From Antedon mediterranea (lineage: Eukaryota; Animalia; Echinodermata), in the NCBI RefSeq assembly GCF_964355755.1, contig NC_092670.1, forward strand, positions 4,268,201 to 4,332,200: a stretch of 64,000 nucleotides of DNA, written 5' to 3'. Positions within the stretch are counted from its first letter, which is position 1. Every line of letters starts with the position of its first letter. This document shows, in pieces, positions 15,001 through 30,000 of the stretch. The notes under the pieces are model-generated. The model was not told the DNA's origin and ran no database searches. It saw nothing but the letters and a program-made list of their open reading frames with translations. The position numbers and the translations under genes are program-made.

Positions 15001-18000
15001 TAATTGTGAGAGCAATGTCACATGAAGGAAAAATAACCAACATTCAAAGAACTTAAGACAGAAATGATGTGCTTTCAAACTTGAAATTAATGCATAGAAC
15101 AGAAGGGATAAACTATTTTTTATGCAATATTATAAATTACAGTAAAAGCAATCCAATGTTCAAATAATTAATTAAATGTTTAATGACCTTGAAATAACTT
15201 CTTGAACTTTACACCACGAATGTTCATCTGCATAGTACTACATCCCATAAACTTCGTAAAATATTTGTTAAAAGCCGACCATGCCTTATTGAATGGAAAA
15301 AATTAATGATATGAAATCAACCAATCAATTGAAGAAGATAAGTGTTATAATATTACTCTAACATATTGCCATAAGGGAACATTTTCTTGTGTCTTTGAAA
15401 ATCCAGTAAAAAAATCAGATGATACTCTATGCTAAAGATCAGTCACAAATGTTTTCTCATTACACTCTGAAATATATGTTTTTTTTAAATGGTAAATATA
15501 ATTTAAAATTTCCTAAGATGCTTATATCTCAAATGCACATCTTGTGTAAATTTTACATAAATTTAAATACATTTTTTGATGATTTTTCTATGGGATTTTA
15601 CCAGCATGTATAGTTCATCATGAAATTAGGCCAACATATTGAAAGATACGGGAGGATAAATGAAAATGAGCAGGTTAATAGCGGTGTAGTGTTAGTAATA
15701 ATATCCTGCTAAGACAGTACAATCTCTCACATAGTTGATTGATGTATATTGTCTGTAATACTGCCACATCCATTTTATGAATAGTGGTATCAATTAAGCC
15801 ATCAAGTGTTTAAACAGCAAGATACATCTTGAACGTTGCAAATGGCATCTACATTTCAATTATGCTTGTTTTGGATATTGGCCAACATACAACGGCTATG
15901 AGCGCTCACTGCCTAAACCCAGGGGCCCTGTAGCTTATGGTGCCCCTGAGCAGTGCCCAGAGGAAAAAACATTAAGCCGAAAAAGGCTCAAAATGCCCAA
16001 GGCCTCCACCGTTGGAGGGCCACTTAGGGTTCCCAAACCAGGAGCCTCAGGCCTCTGCGTTACACCACTGACAACACAATGCATTGCATAATCAAATTCT
16101 TTTCCCTCAGACCAAGTCTTCAATCCAAACCCTATCTATCCCAAACCTGCCACAAAACATCATTGGACATAAAGTGACATAAAGTGCAAATAAGTATAAC
16201 TATAATATTGAGATGTGTCAAGCTGATATATAAGAATTTTGTAATATGTTCACTGGGACCACTAAAAAGGTGTAACATATCATGTGAATGCTACACACAT
16301 CTAAGGGCGCGTTTATACAACACGCTATTACACGCATATTCAACACGCCTACGAGAAGTGTGTTGTATAACATCGAAGAGATTCCGTGTAATTTTAATTG
16401 CAAAAAAGGCTATTTGGCTGAATCCTAAAATTTTTTGGATTCCCGGTTGCTGTTGGCATGTTGGAAGTGTCCTCAGGGTATTGTTTTGACCTCTCGTTAA
16501 ATAAAAGTATGTGCTGTGAAAATGTTGACCAAATCTAGTAGATAATTGTGCTTTTTTTGCATATTTTAACCGATTTAGCACTTAACATTAACGCTAATCA
16601 AATGTTGGCATAATTTGGCAAAATGTAGCATAGTTTTATCCTAATTCTAAAACATTTTTTTTTCTAATTTCAAAAGCAGATTTAAAAAATCAATAATTGA
16701 ATAAACTAAATTTTAAACGAAATCATCCTTTATTAAAATCCTTAATATAAACTCATATTAATTCATAATGCAAGTATATGTACAACTTAGGATTATGAAC
16801 TACGGTATAACACGGTATTACTATTTCATGTATAACTGCAAGGTTTTTGTGGGATTGACCTCGGCCCGTGCAACACGCTAAAAATTAAAGACGTGTTCAA
16901 ATTTAGGGTGTTGTATAAACACAGCCTAACAGTCAATTAAACAGTGAAATTAAAATATGCCTTTAATTAATTATGCAATGCTATAAAATACATTTTAAAA
17001 TGTCATTAAACTTTGGAGCAATACATATTGTGAGATTGTATGTTTCAAATAAATGTTATGTTTTAATTACTTTTTGATAAAACAATAGAAAACATGGTTT
17101 TGTCATTTTAGAAAAAGAACTGTACATCTTGTGTAATATAGGACAATTTTATTTGTTGATAATTTAACCAATGTTGTTTTTAAGAACCATTATTATTATT
17201 ATCTCATAAATAAGATGGTTTAAAAGTAAGCATAAATGTGCAAAGATAAAAAACTATCTAATTTGTTGGTGACCAGGATAGTACTGGTTTGTCCGCTCCT
17301 TGCTGTTAAACTATATAATGCATCTACTACAATCTATTGATATTGTTAGTTTATATTGTAAAATCATCATAGTAAAAGAAGAAATGATTTGCTTGAATAT
17401 TTTAATTTTTTTCTTTCCCATTACAAATAAATGGAAGGTACAGGTACCTGCCTGAAGATATTTTAGTTTATGCTTCCAATTAATAGAATAAGGTCTGTGT
17501 GAATAGTGTGACTTCATTATACTTGTACATAGACAAACCACACAGCATACCATTCAAAGAAAATGTCTTTAATTTCAATTTTAAATTACTGTTGAAAGCA
17601 CAATCCTTCAGGTTATTTCTTTTCATAATTTTGTCATAGATATGTCTTAGGTGTTTGCCTTGGCTGTTAATTGACTGTTTTTCTTTTCTTTGTTTCGACC
17701 GGAATGGGGTCAACCTCTACCCTACTTGTCCGCATTCTACACAGATTAAAAGAGTCCAACAGGAAATTGTATTTTTTCTTGCCTCTTAGGGGTTTCCATC
17801 TAATGTATGTTTATGACCGCATTTTTGTCATTTCTGATGTTAAACATGAAATTGAATATTCTGCCTGAAACTAGTTCAATTGTACCTTTATAATTGTAAT
17901 TTAACCTGATTTCACTTTTTAACTAAGTGATGAAATGCTGTAAACTATAACCGACTTAAATAAAGTAGTACTGACAGGTAAAATATTTTGATGATGGTAT

Positions 18001-21000
18001 CTAGGCCTGTCTGATATTTTTTAAATCAACAATTGTATCGTAGTGGTGTGAACTATATATTTTTACCATTAATGTATGTACAAATGTAAAAAGTTCATGT
18101 AAATATTATTTCTTTGTAGAATAATGTTCCAAACGTTGATGATGATGATCAAAATACTATTGAAATTGATTTTGGGGATGGACACTCTGCAATGTTGGAT
18201 GGGAACAGCTCTGAACCATTACAGTTTTCACACACATACGATGTTGCAGGGTTATACCAAGTAAATGTCAGTGCATTCACCACAAATGTACACTCAGTGT
18301 TATCAGTTCAGGAACAGATTTCAAATATTTCTTTGCAAGGCCCAACTATCACTAGATTTTATAGGTAAGAAATCATTTCTAATCACTCATAATCTTACTA
18401 TAGTATCTCTGAGTGTCTGTTTCCGGCTTTATTCAGAAACTAGTAGTCGCACGGTCTTCAAACTTGGTGGGTGGGCAGGTGCAGCTTGGTATAAAAAAGA
18501 ATGAGTTTTTGAGATTGTTAGGTCGTCAAGGTCAAATCTCAAAAGTTTCAATTGGCTCCGATCGCACTTTGGGGCGGGCATACTTGCTAGTGTTGAAGTT
18601 CAGGAGATATTGTAATTAATAATTTAAACCCTTTTTTATAATTCAAAAGGGACTCAAACATTTGGTTTGTAAATGATGGGATAAAGAAAATAAATAGGTG
18701 ATTATAAGTTAAGTTAAATTTAAGTAAATCAATTGAATAATTAGACATATTTATTTGTTTATTTGATTAGACCAGAGTCCATGCAGATATGGAATGTAGC
18801 ACGAGAGTCAGGTACAGCTATTCTATACACTTGGACTACTAAACACTTAAGTACAGCACCTGGATACAACCTTCAGTCTAAGTATCAAATGTTTACCAAT
18901 GTTCTACAAAAGGAATGCTTGGAGTTTGCTGCTGCTGGAGTTTACGACATATCTGTGAATGCTAGTAACCACATTTCATGGCAAACGATCAACATCCAGA
19001 CACAGTTACAAGAACCTATTTTATCAACATCTGTATACATACCGACTGTGGTGCATGGTCAGAATTCAACAATTGAAATATCGGTCCAGGGAGAAAGGCC
19101 ATTTACTTTTGACATTAATTACGGAGATGGAAAAACTGGTTTGTACTTTTCCGAAGACTTGATGGAAAAGGTGTTTGTAGACTCAGGCATGTATACGTAT
19201 CGTTATACACTCAATAAGCATTATTTGTTAGACGGAGAGTATACCTGCTTTGTCGTCATTAACAACACAGTTTCATCACGATCTGTAACTGTTAGAGGAG
19301 TTGTAGAAGAGAAAATATCTGGAGTCCGGATTATGTCAGATTCCCCGTCAATTTTGCAGCTTGGTGAAGTCATCACACTGATTGCTACAGTTGATAAAGG
19401 CAGCAATATTATCTTTGAGTGGAATTTTCGTGATCAAATTTCAGGTCCCTATGTTGAAAGGTATATATGTCTATACTCTCTTTATTTTTACATAAAAAAT
19501 GTTTATTGTTACTGATTTATTTAACAACATCTTTATACAGGATTACACAATCAGGTAAAAGAAAACCTGTTTTTCGTTGTGGTCCTGTCTTGCATACAAA
19601 GAAATCAGGAAAAGAACATTTTGTGGGGAAAAAATGAGATCAATATCTCGCTTTGAATGAAGCAATTGTTGGGGAATATTAAATTTCAGTTTGTAGGTTA
19701 TTCCATATTTGATTGCTATATTATTTGATTTTTTTCTGTTCTACTTTAGCTTAGGAAATATGAGTATAGCCACACATACATTCAATTTACCTGGCAGTTA
19801 CAATGTAACAGTAAGTGTGAGTAATGCGCTTCAGACGGAACCAATCACAGTAGCCTATCCCGAAACATTGCAGATTCTGGAAGCAATTAACAGCCTGTGG
19901 GTATCCCCCAAAAATGATAGATATACAACATCTCTTCACATTATCAATAACATAACCATGAGGACAGATCAAGTGAAGTTTCATGCAGAATGTTCTGGTA
20001 CCGAAGTAACGTTTGTTTTTAATTTTGGCGATGGGAGTCCATTGATCACACGTACAGGAGTCAACAAAGCTGACACTTATACAGCAGAAACAGTGGCAAG
20101 TCATGTATATCAAGAAGGTGAGAAATATTCACTAGAAAATTAACTTCGATGTCATTTATTAAGAGAAAGGAATCAAGAGAAAAACAATCGACATGATAAA
20201 AAGATGTGAAATCATAATAACTTAACTCAAAATAGTAGTGGACTGTACATTCTTAGGTCAAACAATTTTAATTATCCCATGTTGGGCAATTTCACAAACA
20301 GGACTAAATAATCAAAGTACCAGTCTTACTTCAATAATAATTTATTTTATTTTACATAAGTTTTAAGTAATAGTCTTTATACCAGTTACAACAAAAGAAT
20401 TTTAATTTAGGACTTGGATGCTGGCAGTGGCTTAACGGCTATGTGTGTTCACTGGATAAACTGAGGGGCCCCAGAGCTTATGGGGGCCCTGAGCAGTGCC
20501 CAGAGGAAAATACAGGCATTAAAATATGTCGAAAAAGCTAAAAAAATGCCCAAGGCCTCCAGCGTTGGCAGGCCACTCGGGGTTCCTAAACCAGGGACCT
20601 CTAATTCACTTTGTTGATTGTAAAATGGTAAAATGCGACACAATTGTATGTTGGTATACTTTGTATTTTTCAGAGGGAAGTTACATGGTTACTCTGACAG
20701 CTTTTAATGCTGTTAGTAACTCTAGTACATCACTGCCGCAACCATTCCTTGTTCAGATACCACCATTGGGTTTATCATTTGAACGAAGCCACCATGAAAC
20801 CAAATTTGGAGAGTACACAAACTTGACAGTATTAGTCAATGGTGGAAGTGATTTGAAGTTTTATTGGTCGATGGGAGATCAAACCACCTACCCTAATCAT
20901 GGTAATTTGTTGTTATTTTTTAAATATATGGACAAATCTTGGGGAATGTGAATTTAAATTTTATTTACTTTTTAATTGAATATAAGAAAAATATTGTTGA

Positions 21001-24000
21001 AACAGTTTGCACCTTAGTACCTTATTCAACAATATTTAGTGTCATTTTTATATTGAGTGAAACATAACAGGCTGCTCTCTCATACACACATTTAATTCAA
21101 TTTCCACAGTACACAATAACATACAGGATAATAAATACAATGAAGTAATCATGTGGGTGGGGGGAAGGGGGGAGAGTCATATAAGTCAGAAGACGTGTCA
21201 GGTCCATTAACAACATGTCAAATCCATTTAAATGCAATTGTGAACAAAATGTAAACCTCTCGAAATCGTTAACTCTTGGGTTGGAACAACAAAATGGGAA
21301 GATGTTAATGTAGAATAATGTTTCATTTCAGGAATGTCTGTTTCTCATAAGTATTTTCTAGCCAAAGATTATACAGTCACTGTGACAGCTTCCAATAATG
21401 CTGAGAATGTAACGGTTCAGTGTACTGTTTCTGTTCAAGTCTCTTTACAAGGTAAACTACAATTCTTGCCTCTTAACAAAAAGTTGTCATCATTTTAGTG
21501 GTCAATAGTTATGTGTAGAGGGCGTTTAACTAATTGTTACAAGGATAGCTGCTAAGTGCCCTCTAGCCCTCTATCTTCACCTGCAGTATAATTTCCCTAC
21601 AGTACATAAGAATGTTTTTTTTGTTTGTGTCATAGTATGTGTTGATTAGACTTAATAGCACTTACATTGTGAATAGGAGTTTGGTGTAGTCGGTATGCAC
21701 CTACCTCCTTACATTTGAGACCCTGGTTCAAATCCTGCTGAAGTGTTTTTTTAGTGATTTTTTTGTTAATTTTCCAAAAAGGCCCTAAACCTTTAGTTTT
21801 TTTTTTATTATATATTTTTGCCTTAATTAACAAAAAAGGGCCCTAAACCTTTGGGTTTATTTTTGTTTGTGCCTAGGTAAAGTATTTAGATTCAGATAAA
21901 AGTGGTGATATTAAGAAATTTTATTTTATGGGTTGTGACCTTGACCTTTGGCCCCTTCAATATATCTGTTTTGGGTGATACTGTAGATCACTGTGGGATT
22001 TGAACAACAATGTTGGCCTCTAAAGCTCTGTCTACACTATCAAACTAATTTGACAAAAATGTGCCCAAATATAGTAGTGATATGCCCAAAAATGTGACAT
22101 CACCATGTTTGGGCACATCACATTTTTTTGTCACATAAAAATTAATAGTGTATACAGTCAAGCTTTAGCCACACAGGGTTGAAAAACACATACAAGAGCA
22201 AAAACATAACTTAGGCTGAAGTAATAACTAGGCGGAGGTACTGTATTAGCAAATAGCTAGATTTTGAGGTTTTTTTTATTTTCCAGGTGTTAGTCTATCT
22301 GTAATACATCACAACTGCCAGAATGGATCTAATAACGTACTCATTTGCAAGACAGATGAGAAAATTACCTTTGAAGCTGAAACTATTACAAGTGGTACAG
22401 ACGTATGGTATGATTGGAATATGGGAGATGGTAGCTACCCATACTATTCACGCAATGATAGAAGGGTGTATGATTACAATCAAAATGGAAGGTTAGTGTG
22501 ATACATGTAGACCTACTGGCTTACTTCATACTAATAGTATCCTCCCCATTATTCCATTTTACCTTGAAGTTATTATTCATATGCTATGTTTTGTATCCAG
22601 AAGAATTGAATTGATATATACATCAGTGTTGGTGCAAATTGGTATTTTAGGATATTGTAGGTTGGTTTTGTGGAAGTTGCTTATATTGTTAATTTCCTGG
22701 TGAAATTTTTCCTCTTTTTGTTTTTTGTATGATTTGTATATGGATGTACTATCCGATGTAAAGAAAATGAATATATTGCCATTTTATTCCCATTATCTCT
22801 TAATTAAAAAACCCATTTCTGTTTGACGTTAACTTAATCTTCCTCTTTATTTCCTTATGGATCCCATGTCATTGGTTGGTTTTTAGTCAAGTATAACATA
22901 ATAAAAAAATAGATTATAAAGGCATTATTAGTTTTTTGTTTTTTTTTCCAAATTTAGTCAATCAATCCTATGACCTATTTAAAGTCTGATTTTATTATCT
23001 TAATTTTTCATCTTTTTGGGGGACAATACATCTTTAAATTAACATAACATCTATGTCATTCATTAGATACACTGTGACTGTGAAGGCCAGCAATGCAAAC
23101 AGCAATGTAGTGTCTGAACCAATATCATTATGGCTGCAGACTCCAGTCAGAGATCTTTCAATAAGACATAAAGGAACCAGCATCGTTAATGCTCAAACAT
23201 CATTCCAAGCTCTTGTTCACGATGGCAGCGATCTTACTTATACTTGGAATTTTGGTGATGGGGCTATAGAAACCACTAGTACATTTACAACCTCTCATAC
23301 TTACAATAGGTAATACTGTATTATGTATGTAGTTTACGAAAGCAATGTTAATATTGGAGGCTGTGATATTGTGTATGCTTTTGAAATTATTGCGTAATCT
23401 TTAGTTTAATTCGTAAGAAAAAACGTTTACTTTTATAGTTGTCATATTTCATTTATCAATTAATTCTTTTCATGAATATTTTCGTAGAACTGGAGAGTAT
23501 GTTGTATCAGTGGAAGTGGGGAATTCACTTGGTCAAGTTAATGCTAGTTCTAACCATTTTGTGTTGACCCAGGAATGTAAACTACCTTCGGTCAAATTCG
23601 TAGGTGACAAGCCAAGAAAGGTAAGGGACTTTGCTTTTACAGGCGCCGCCGGCAAAATGAATGTGAATGTGAGAGCTTTGATTAATTATTCAATATCCCC
23701 ACAATGGACTGTACCATTTCCGGAACTTGTTTTCTGCACACGCAAGCCATGTCAGAAAATGTGTCGCTATATATAGCATATTTGCTTTTCTTTGATCTTA
23801 TAATAATATAACAGAAAGGCACTATGTAAATCAAGGAATAGTGGGTCTGTGGTATAATTTTGAATAATGAAACATGCTACATAAAAAATAATATCTAAAT
23901 ACGTTTTCCTGAGGAAAACTCTTCCCTGATTTTTCTATGTTATAATGGATTAAAACTGGGTAGGAACCATAAATTACTGAATGTGACTATTTTTTTTTTT

Positions 24001-27000
24001 TTTACGGCTCTACCACATTGAAACACTGGTTCTCGTCAGATCACCGAAGTTAAGCAATGTTGGGCCCGGTTAGAGCTTGGATGGGAGACCATCTGGGAAT
24101 ATCGGGTGCTGTTTATGGAGCTGGGGTCCCATTAGGCATTTGAAATCAGCACTGCTGACTCTTATGGCAGCCCCTGCATCTAGTATCTGCCTCAGATGTA
24201 TTGGCTTATGCCTCTCCTCTGGTTAAGGTGGGCACTGGAACGAGAGAAGCCCTTGGTCAATGTTGGGACCAGCCAAAGGTGCTATAAGCAGTCCTGGCTT
24301 TTAGTCATCATTCAGTGGAATGTTAAGTTGGCCATACAAATTTTTTGAAAAATAAAGAATATTTGTATGTATTTACAGGTGAACAGGTCTGATGCTGTTG
24401 AGATTGAGACTGACATTTACATTGAATGCGATATTACAATGCAAGCCAGATACATGTGGACTATCAAACATGTCAACAATACAGCGTTTACTCATTACTG
24501 TGGTCCATTGAACCTTCGTAACCTTTTCCTGATGAAGCAATGTATTCCCTTTGGAATATATATTGTTACACTAGAAGTAAGTAATGATAAAACCACCTTA
24601 AACTTCATTTTCAATTTTGTAAGTGTTAGATTTTGTTCTCTATCCAGACACCTTTCAATCCTCTCTCCTATATGTATATCTAATGATAAACATTGAAATA
24701 ATATGTGAAAGTATAATTGTTTTCTTACAATTTGATTGGTCAATTACGTATCATGTGTCATTTTGGAATTAGCACTATCTAACGAAAAAGTGATCGGTAA
24801 TAATTGACACGCTCTATTGTTCAGCCTCATATAAACATTTGAGAATTTGTGACATGGACATTGTTGACTGACATTGTTTTACTCGCTGTCTTTAACTGTT
24901 CTACTCCGCATCCAAAGTGTGAACACTGCCTTTTTTAATGGCCTAGCTTCCCGGCCTAGCATTCATCAATGATTCATGATGGATAAAGTTAATAAAAGTA
25001 GGTGTGTTATAAAACAAATAATGAATGTTCGTTGAATGTAGAGAGAGAATAATTCATTGGATGACCAATCCACCTCATTAAAAATAGAGCAGGCAATCTT
25101 TCAACTCCTGAAATATACTTATAAACATTCACTGTATGACATTTTATATAATTATCTCATTGTATATGTTGAATGATGAGTGGAGTCTTACAACATTCAT
25201 GCCATTTTTTGTATTGTAGATTTGTGTAGCTTCAAAATTAAAACCTAATCAGAATTTTTGAATAATCAGTTTCCAGAAATGCTAAACTGAAACAATTTTT
25301 GATTATCTGATAAAAAAAAATATTTATACAAAAAATATATGTTCATATAAAGAGATTATTTTATTAAACATGTTCAACTTGATAACAATATACTGTAGTA
25401 GATAATAATCATTTAACTAATAATATATATGACATTTTACTATTATAAAGTATGTATGATTTTTGTTAGGTTCGCATTAACGGTACAATTGTTTACACAC
25501 GAGAAACGTTAGAATTGCATATTTTGAAGAAACCACTTGTTGCTATTATAGAGGGCGGTACATATCGCTTTGTTGGTAACAATTCTCAGGTTGTTTTATC
25601 GGCTAATTATTCATATGATCCAAATGAACCTGTTAATGGAATTGATCATGGTTTAAGGTAAGTTTAACGATACTAGCTTCTCAAAGCGGGCTAATTATCT
25701 AAATTTTTTCTCTACCTTTATTCAGCTGTAAGTGTAATTGTTCCTATGTCTTGTATCCCTGATGTAACATGTAGTTTAGCGATAAATCTTTTGGTTAATG
25801 TATATATTATGTTTCAATGTATATGTTTAAGAAAAAGAATTATGTACAACAACTTTGTAAACAATTTAAACGTCAGCACATTTACAAAATATAAACCCAG
25901 CTGTCTGCTAGGGCCAGGTGTCACATGCTCTGATTGTTGGCAATTAGCCCGTGAGCCATCAATACCAAACCATCTTTGAGTATGTATGTTTTTCTAATAC
26001 TCTCTATCCCTGCATCTCTCATTGTATTTATGTCAAGTCGTATTCAATTTATTTTATTTATTCGGGTATAAATACAAAATACAATATACACAATCATATA
26101 TTTATTTTAGACGATAAGTAACATTCTGTCTTACTAACATGTTTCAGATACCGTTGGGGATGTAAGCAACTCTCTCAACCTGATTTAGACTGTTTTATCA
26201 GTAACCAGTATCTGATAAATGCAACAAGCATTGTTTTTTCATTCGACACATCTTTTTTGAAAAAAGTTATCGAACCAGGATTTGTGTTCTACCTACGTGT
26301 GTCGAAAGATGATCATTTGAATTCACAAACTAGTCAAGTTATCGCCATACAAGAGCCATACTCTCTACAGTAAGTTTTTAACCATTGTTACATGCTGAAG
26401 TGTTTCTAGAATATTTTGCATGATGATCAATATTAAATGTTTTCTTGGTGTCACCAAAACATAGACAAAAATTCATAGTTTTTTCCATAAAGTTTGAAAT
26501 ATACTGAAAATTGTCCTTGTGTTTAAATTAGCCCAAAACATTGTTGTATTTTCATTTTGTCTCCAAATTCAAGCATTGTTTGCTTCCTCTGGATGAATGT
26601 CTATTTTAATTTATAATACAATTCATAGTAACATGTTGTTCTTGATAGTAATTTGGAAAAAATAAAAAAAAGTTTAGTACGGAAAACAGTATATTTATTT
26701 ACGTTTTGATTTGCCAAAAATTATAATAATAATTATAAATACTTTTTTTAGAGTTATGGTTGAGTGCCTGCACTGTACAAACGGGGTTTTAAATTCAAAT
26801 GATGAGTTGAGTTTAGAGGCTCACTGTCCTAATTGTGGAGTTTTAACTTACCAATGGACAATCTATGGTGTACTTGATGGAGCAGGCACTGACACAGAAA
26901 CAAGTGAGTTGCTATTGCAAGATCATTATAAAGGGTTGATAGTGAATGAGAAAATCATGTCACACAGTTATGATTGGGACATTAAGGCATTAGATTGAAC

Positions 27001-30000
27001 ATACTTTAACATATTTTTAATTCTAATCAGTAGTGTACTTTAAAGATGTATTGTCCCCCTGAAAAATAGTTTTAAACATTTTTTGTTGTTGAATATACCA
27101 TTTTAATGTCACATAATAGTTATTCAATTTGACCAAAAATTGGATCTGAACAAAATATATTTACCTGAAAAAACTTTAATTTAAAGCAAAAAAATGGTCA
27201 AATTATTATTATAAGTGAAAACATTATTTTTTCCGGTTTTTTTTCTACAGATGTGATTGACTTCAAAACTACAAAATAACCTATTCTTCATTTTTAATAT
27301 TTTTTGGGGACATTACATCTTTAATTTCAATAATACTGTAACAGTTTTTATTATTTCAGAACATTGTTTTGCATTTATAAAAAGAAAATTGTTGTTTGTA
27401 GTCAATTAGTAATTGACAACAAATTGAATATAAATTTTGTCATGTCTATAAATTGATTATTGGTGCTTTACATATTCAAAATACTTTATATTACAGAAAT
27501 CAGATGTGTACCACCGAATGGAGGTACTCCTCAATTTCTAATGGCTGGAAACCAAACAGTTGAAAGTCAGACAACTGAAAACAACTTGTTAGATTCTCAT
27601 TCCCGTAAGTTTTTACATTTATATTGTTTGTAAGGTGTTGTAATTAATTAACATTGACAGCTAATTAAAGAAACATGGCCAATTAGAATGCTTTATCAAA
27701 TTATCACCCCATGCTTTCTCACCAATCATTATAAGGGATATAGAATTAAATATTTCATGATTGGATATTCCTGCTGAAGGCGTATTCTCAACGCCTTATC
27801 ATACTGATGTATGCGTCATTGCTTGCCCAGCATTGCCTGGACTTGCTATCACACTCGATCAGACAGATGAAATCTACGACATCACAGCATGTTTGTCTTT
27901 TTTACGTTACCTTTCTGGCTGATGTCTCTTTTATAGTGTATCTTTTTAAAGTCTTTTAGTAAATGTCGAACTTTGACTGTATGTAAAATCTGCATATCCG
28001 GACCAAAAAAGTCTGGCAATATTTGACCAAATTTTAGTCAAAGGGAAAAATTGTGAATATATTTTTTTTTACTTTTAAGTTTAAAAAAATATATATTAGC
28101 AGACTTGAATTATATACTTAAACAAACTGAACTAAATTATCATCACTTATTCCTAAAATATTGTCTTATAAACAAAATGTGTTTTTTTCAGATTCCACAC
28201 CTTTAACACCGTCTGTGAGCACTGAAATGGCAAACATTATTGGGGATATGAATACAGATGAGCAGAGGGACCATACTGTAGTAACCTTAAAACCCAAAAC
28301 TACAATTGCTGACCCAAATGTAGATTATATTGGTGTTGATGACTCAGATAGTAGACCACTAGAAGAGTCATTGGAAGAAAGTATAAAAGAGGATTCTTAT
28401 ATTCGAGGTTCACATAGCACAACAACAGTGCCTAATGCAAAAAGCTCCCCATCTCCACCAGCTCCACAAGGGGTAATAGTTTTAATATGTTTTCAAACAT
28501 TCCAAATGACAACATTACATTATCATACAGATTAACTTGTTGTGGGAAAGTTTGATTTGTTTCTGATTTGAATTGTTTTTAGCCAAATTATCAAACATTT
28601 TATTTGTGTTTAATAACACCAAACTTGCCACACCTTTTATTTGAAGCCTGTAAAACTTGCCACACCTTTTATTTGAAGCCTGTAAAACTTGCCACACCTT
28701 TTATTTGAAGCCTGTAAAACTTGCCACACCTTTTATTTGAAGCCTGTAAAACTTGCCACACCTTTTATTTGAAGCCTGTAAAACTTGCCACACCTTTTAT
28801 TTGAAGCCTGTAAAACTTGCCACACCTTTTATTTGAAGCCTGTAAAACTTGCCACACCTTTTATTTGAAGCCTGTAAAACTTGCCACACCTTTTATTTGA
28901 AGCCTGTAAAACTTGCCACACCTTTTATTTGAAGCCTGTAAAACTTGCCACACCTTTTATTTGAAGCCTGTAAAACTTGCCACACCTTTTATTTGAAGCC
29001 TGTAAAACTTGCCACACCTTTTATTTGAAGCCTGTAAAACTTGCCACACCTTTTATTTGAAGCCTGTAAAACTTGCCACACCTTTTATTTGAAGCCTGTA
29101 AAACTTGCCACACCTTTTATTTGAAGCCTCTAAAACTTGCCACACCTTTTATTTGAAGCCTCTAAAACTTGGCCACAATGATCCATCAGGTAGGAGTACA
29201 CTAGTTCAAATTTTTAAGGTTAAAGGTTAAAGGTCAAGGTCACAATCCATAACAGATGATTCAATTCTACAGGTCGCAGTTTCTAAAAGAAACTTGTTGA
29301 ACTTACCCACAAGGTTCAGGGTCAAATGTCACAAACAACAAAAACTTTTTTTACTGAAAATAAAATATAAAAATATAGATTAAAAAAAATGTTTTTTGGT
29401 AGGAAAAAAATACTGTAGGTTTGCACTCTGTGTGCTATGCAGTCTAGGTTATGATTTTTTTATTTATTTTCCTGTATAGGATGATAATACTGATGATAAT
29501 AATGATGACTACTATGATGAGAGTGATGAGTCAATTCTGCTTGAAGAAGATGAAGGTATTAACTGGAACTTTACAAATTCAATTTAGAAATTCATATCTG
29601 ATATTTTTCCATTTATAATCTAGATATACAGTATTCGTTTTGTTAAAGAAAGAGCATATGCATTTTTTTACTTACTGTAATAGACTTTTAAGTTGTTTTT
29701 TTGTGATTTTGATATATTTATATACCAGTATTACCTGTAAACATTATTTCATATCTTATCAAATGTAACTAAAGGAGATATAGGCCTAGATGATTATGAT
29801 GAAGAAGAGGACACAGATATAGAAGAAACTGGTACAGACCATAGTACAGGTATTTCATACTAAATACTTATTTATATTATATATGTATATAATATATACA
29901 CAAAGTACATCGTTTAAAATCATGTAATGTAAAATATATATATAAAACAAAAGTGAGAGTAACAATGAAATAGTTATTATTATTATTAGAAATGTTGAGG

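Noticed and set aside
21676-21746. Functional tRNA gene
   Set aside because: A and B boxes are present but acceptor and anticodon stems do not pair convincingly.
24003-24112. Functional 5S rRNA gene
   Set aside because: Solitary, substituted and end-degraded, with no oligo-T terminator, and fused to a repeated body.
28621-29171. 32-bp repeat resembling a CRISPR array
   Set aside because: Head-to-tail units with no unique spacers, inside a eukaryotic intron, and no cas genes.
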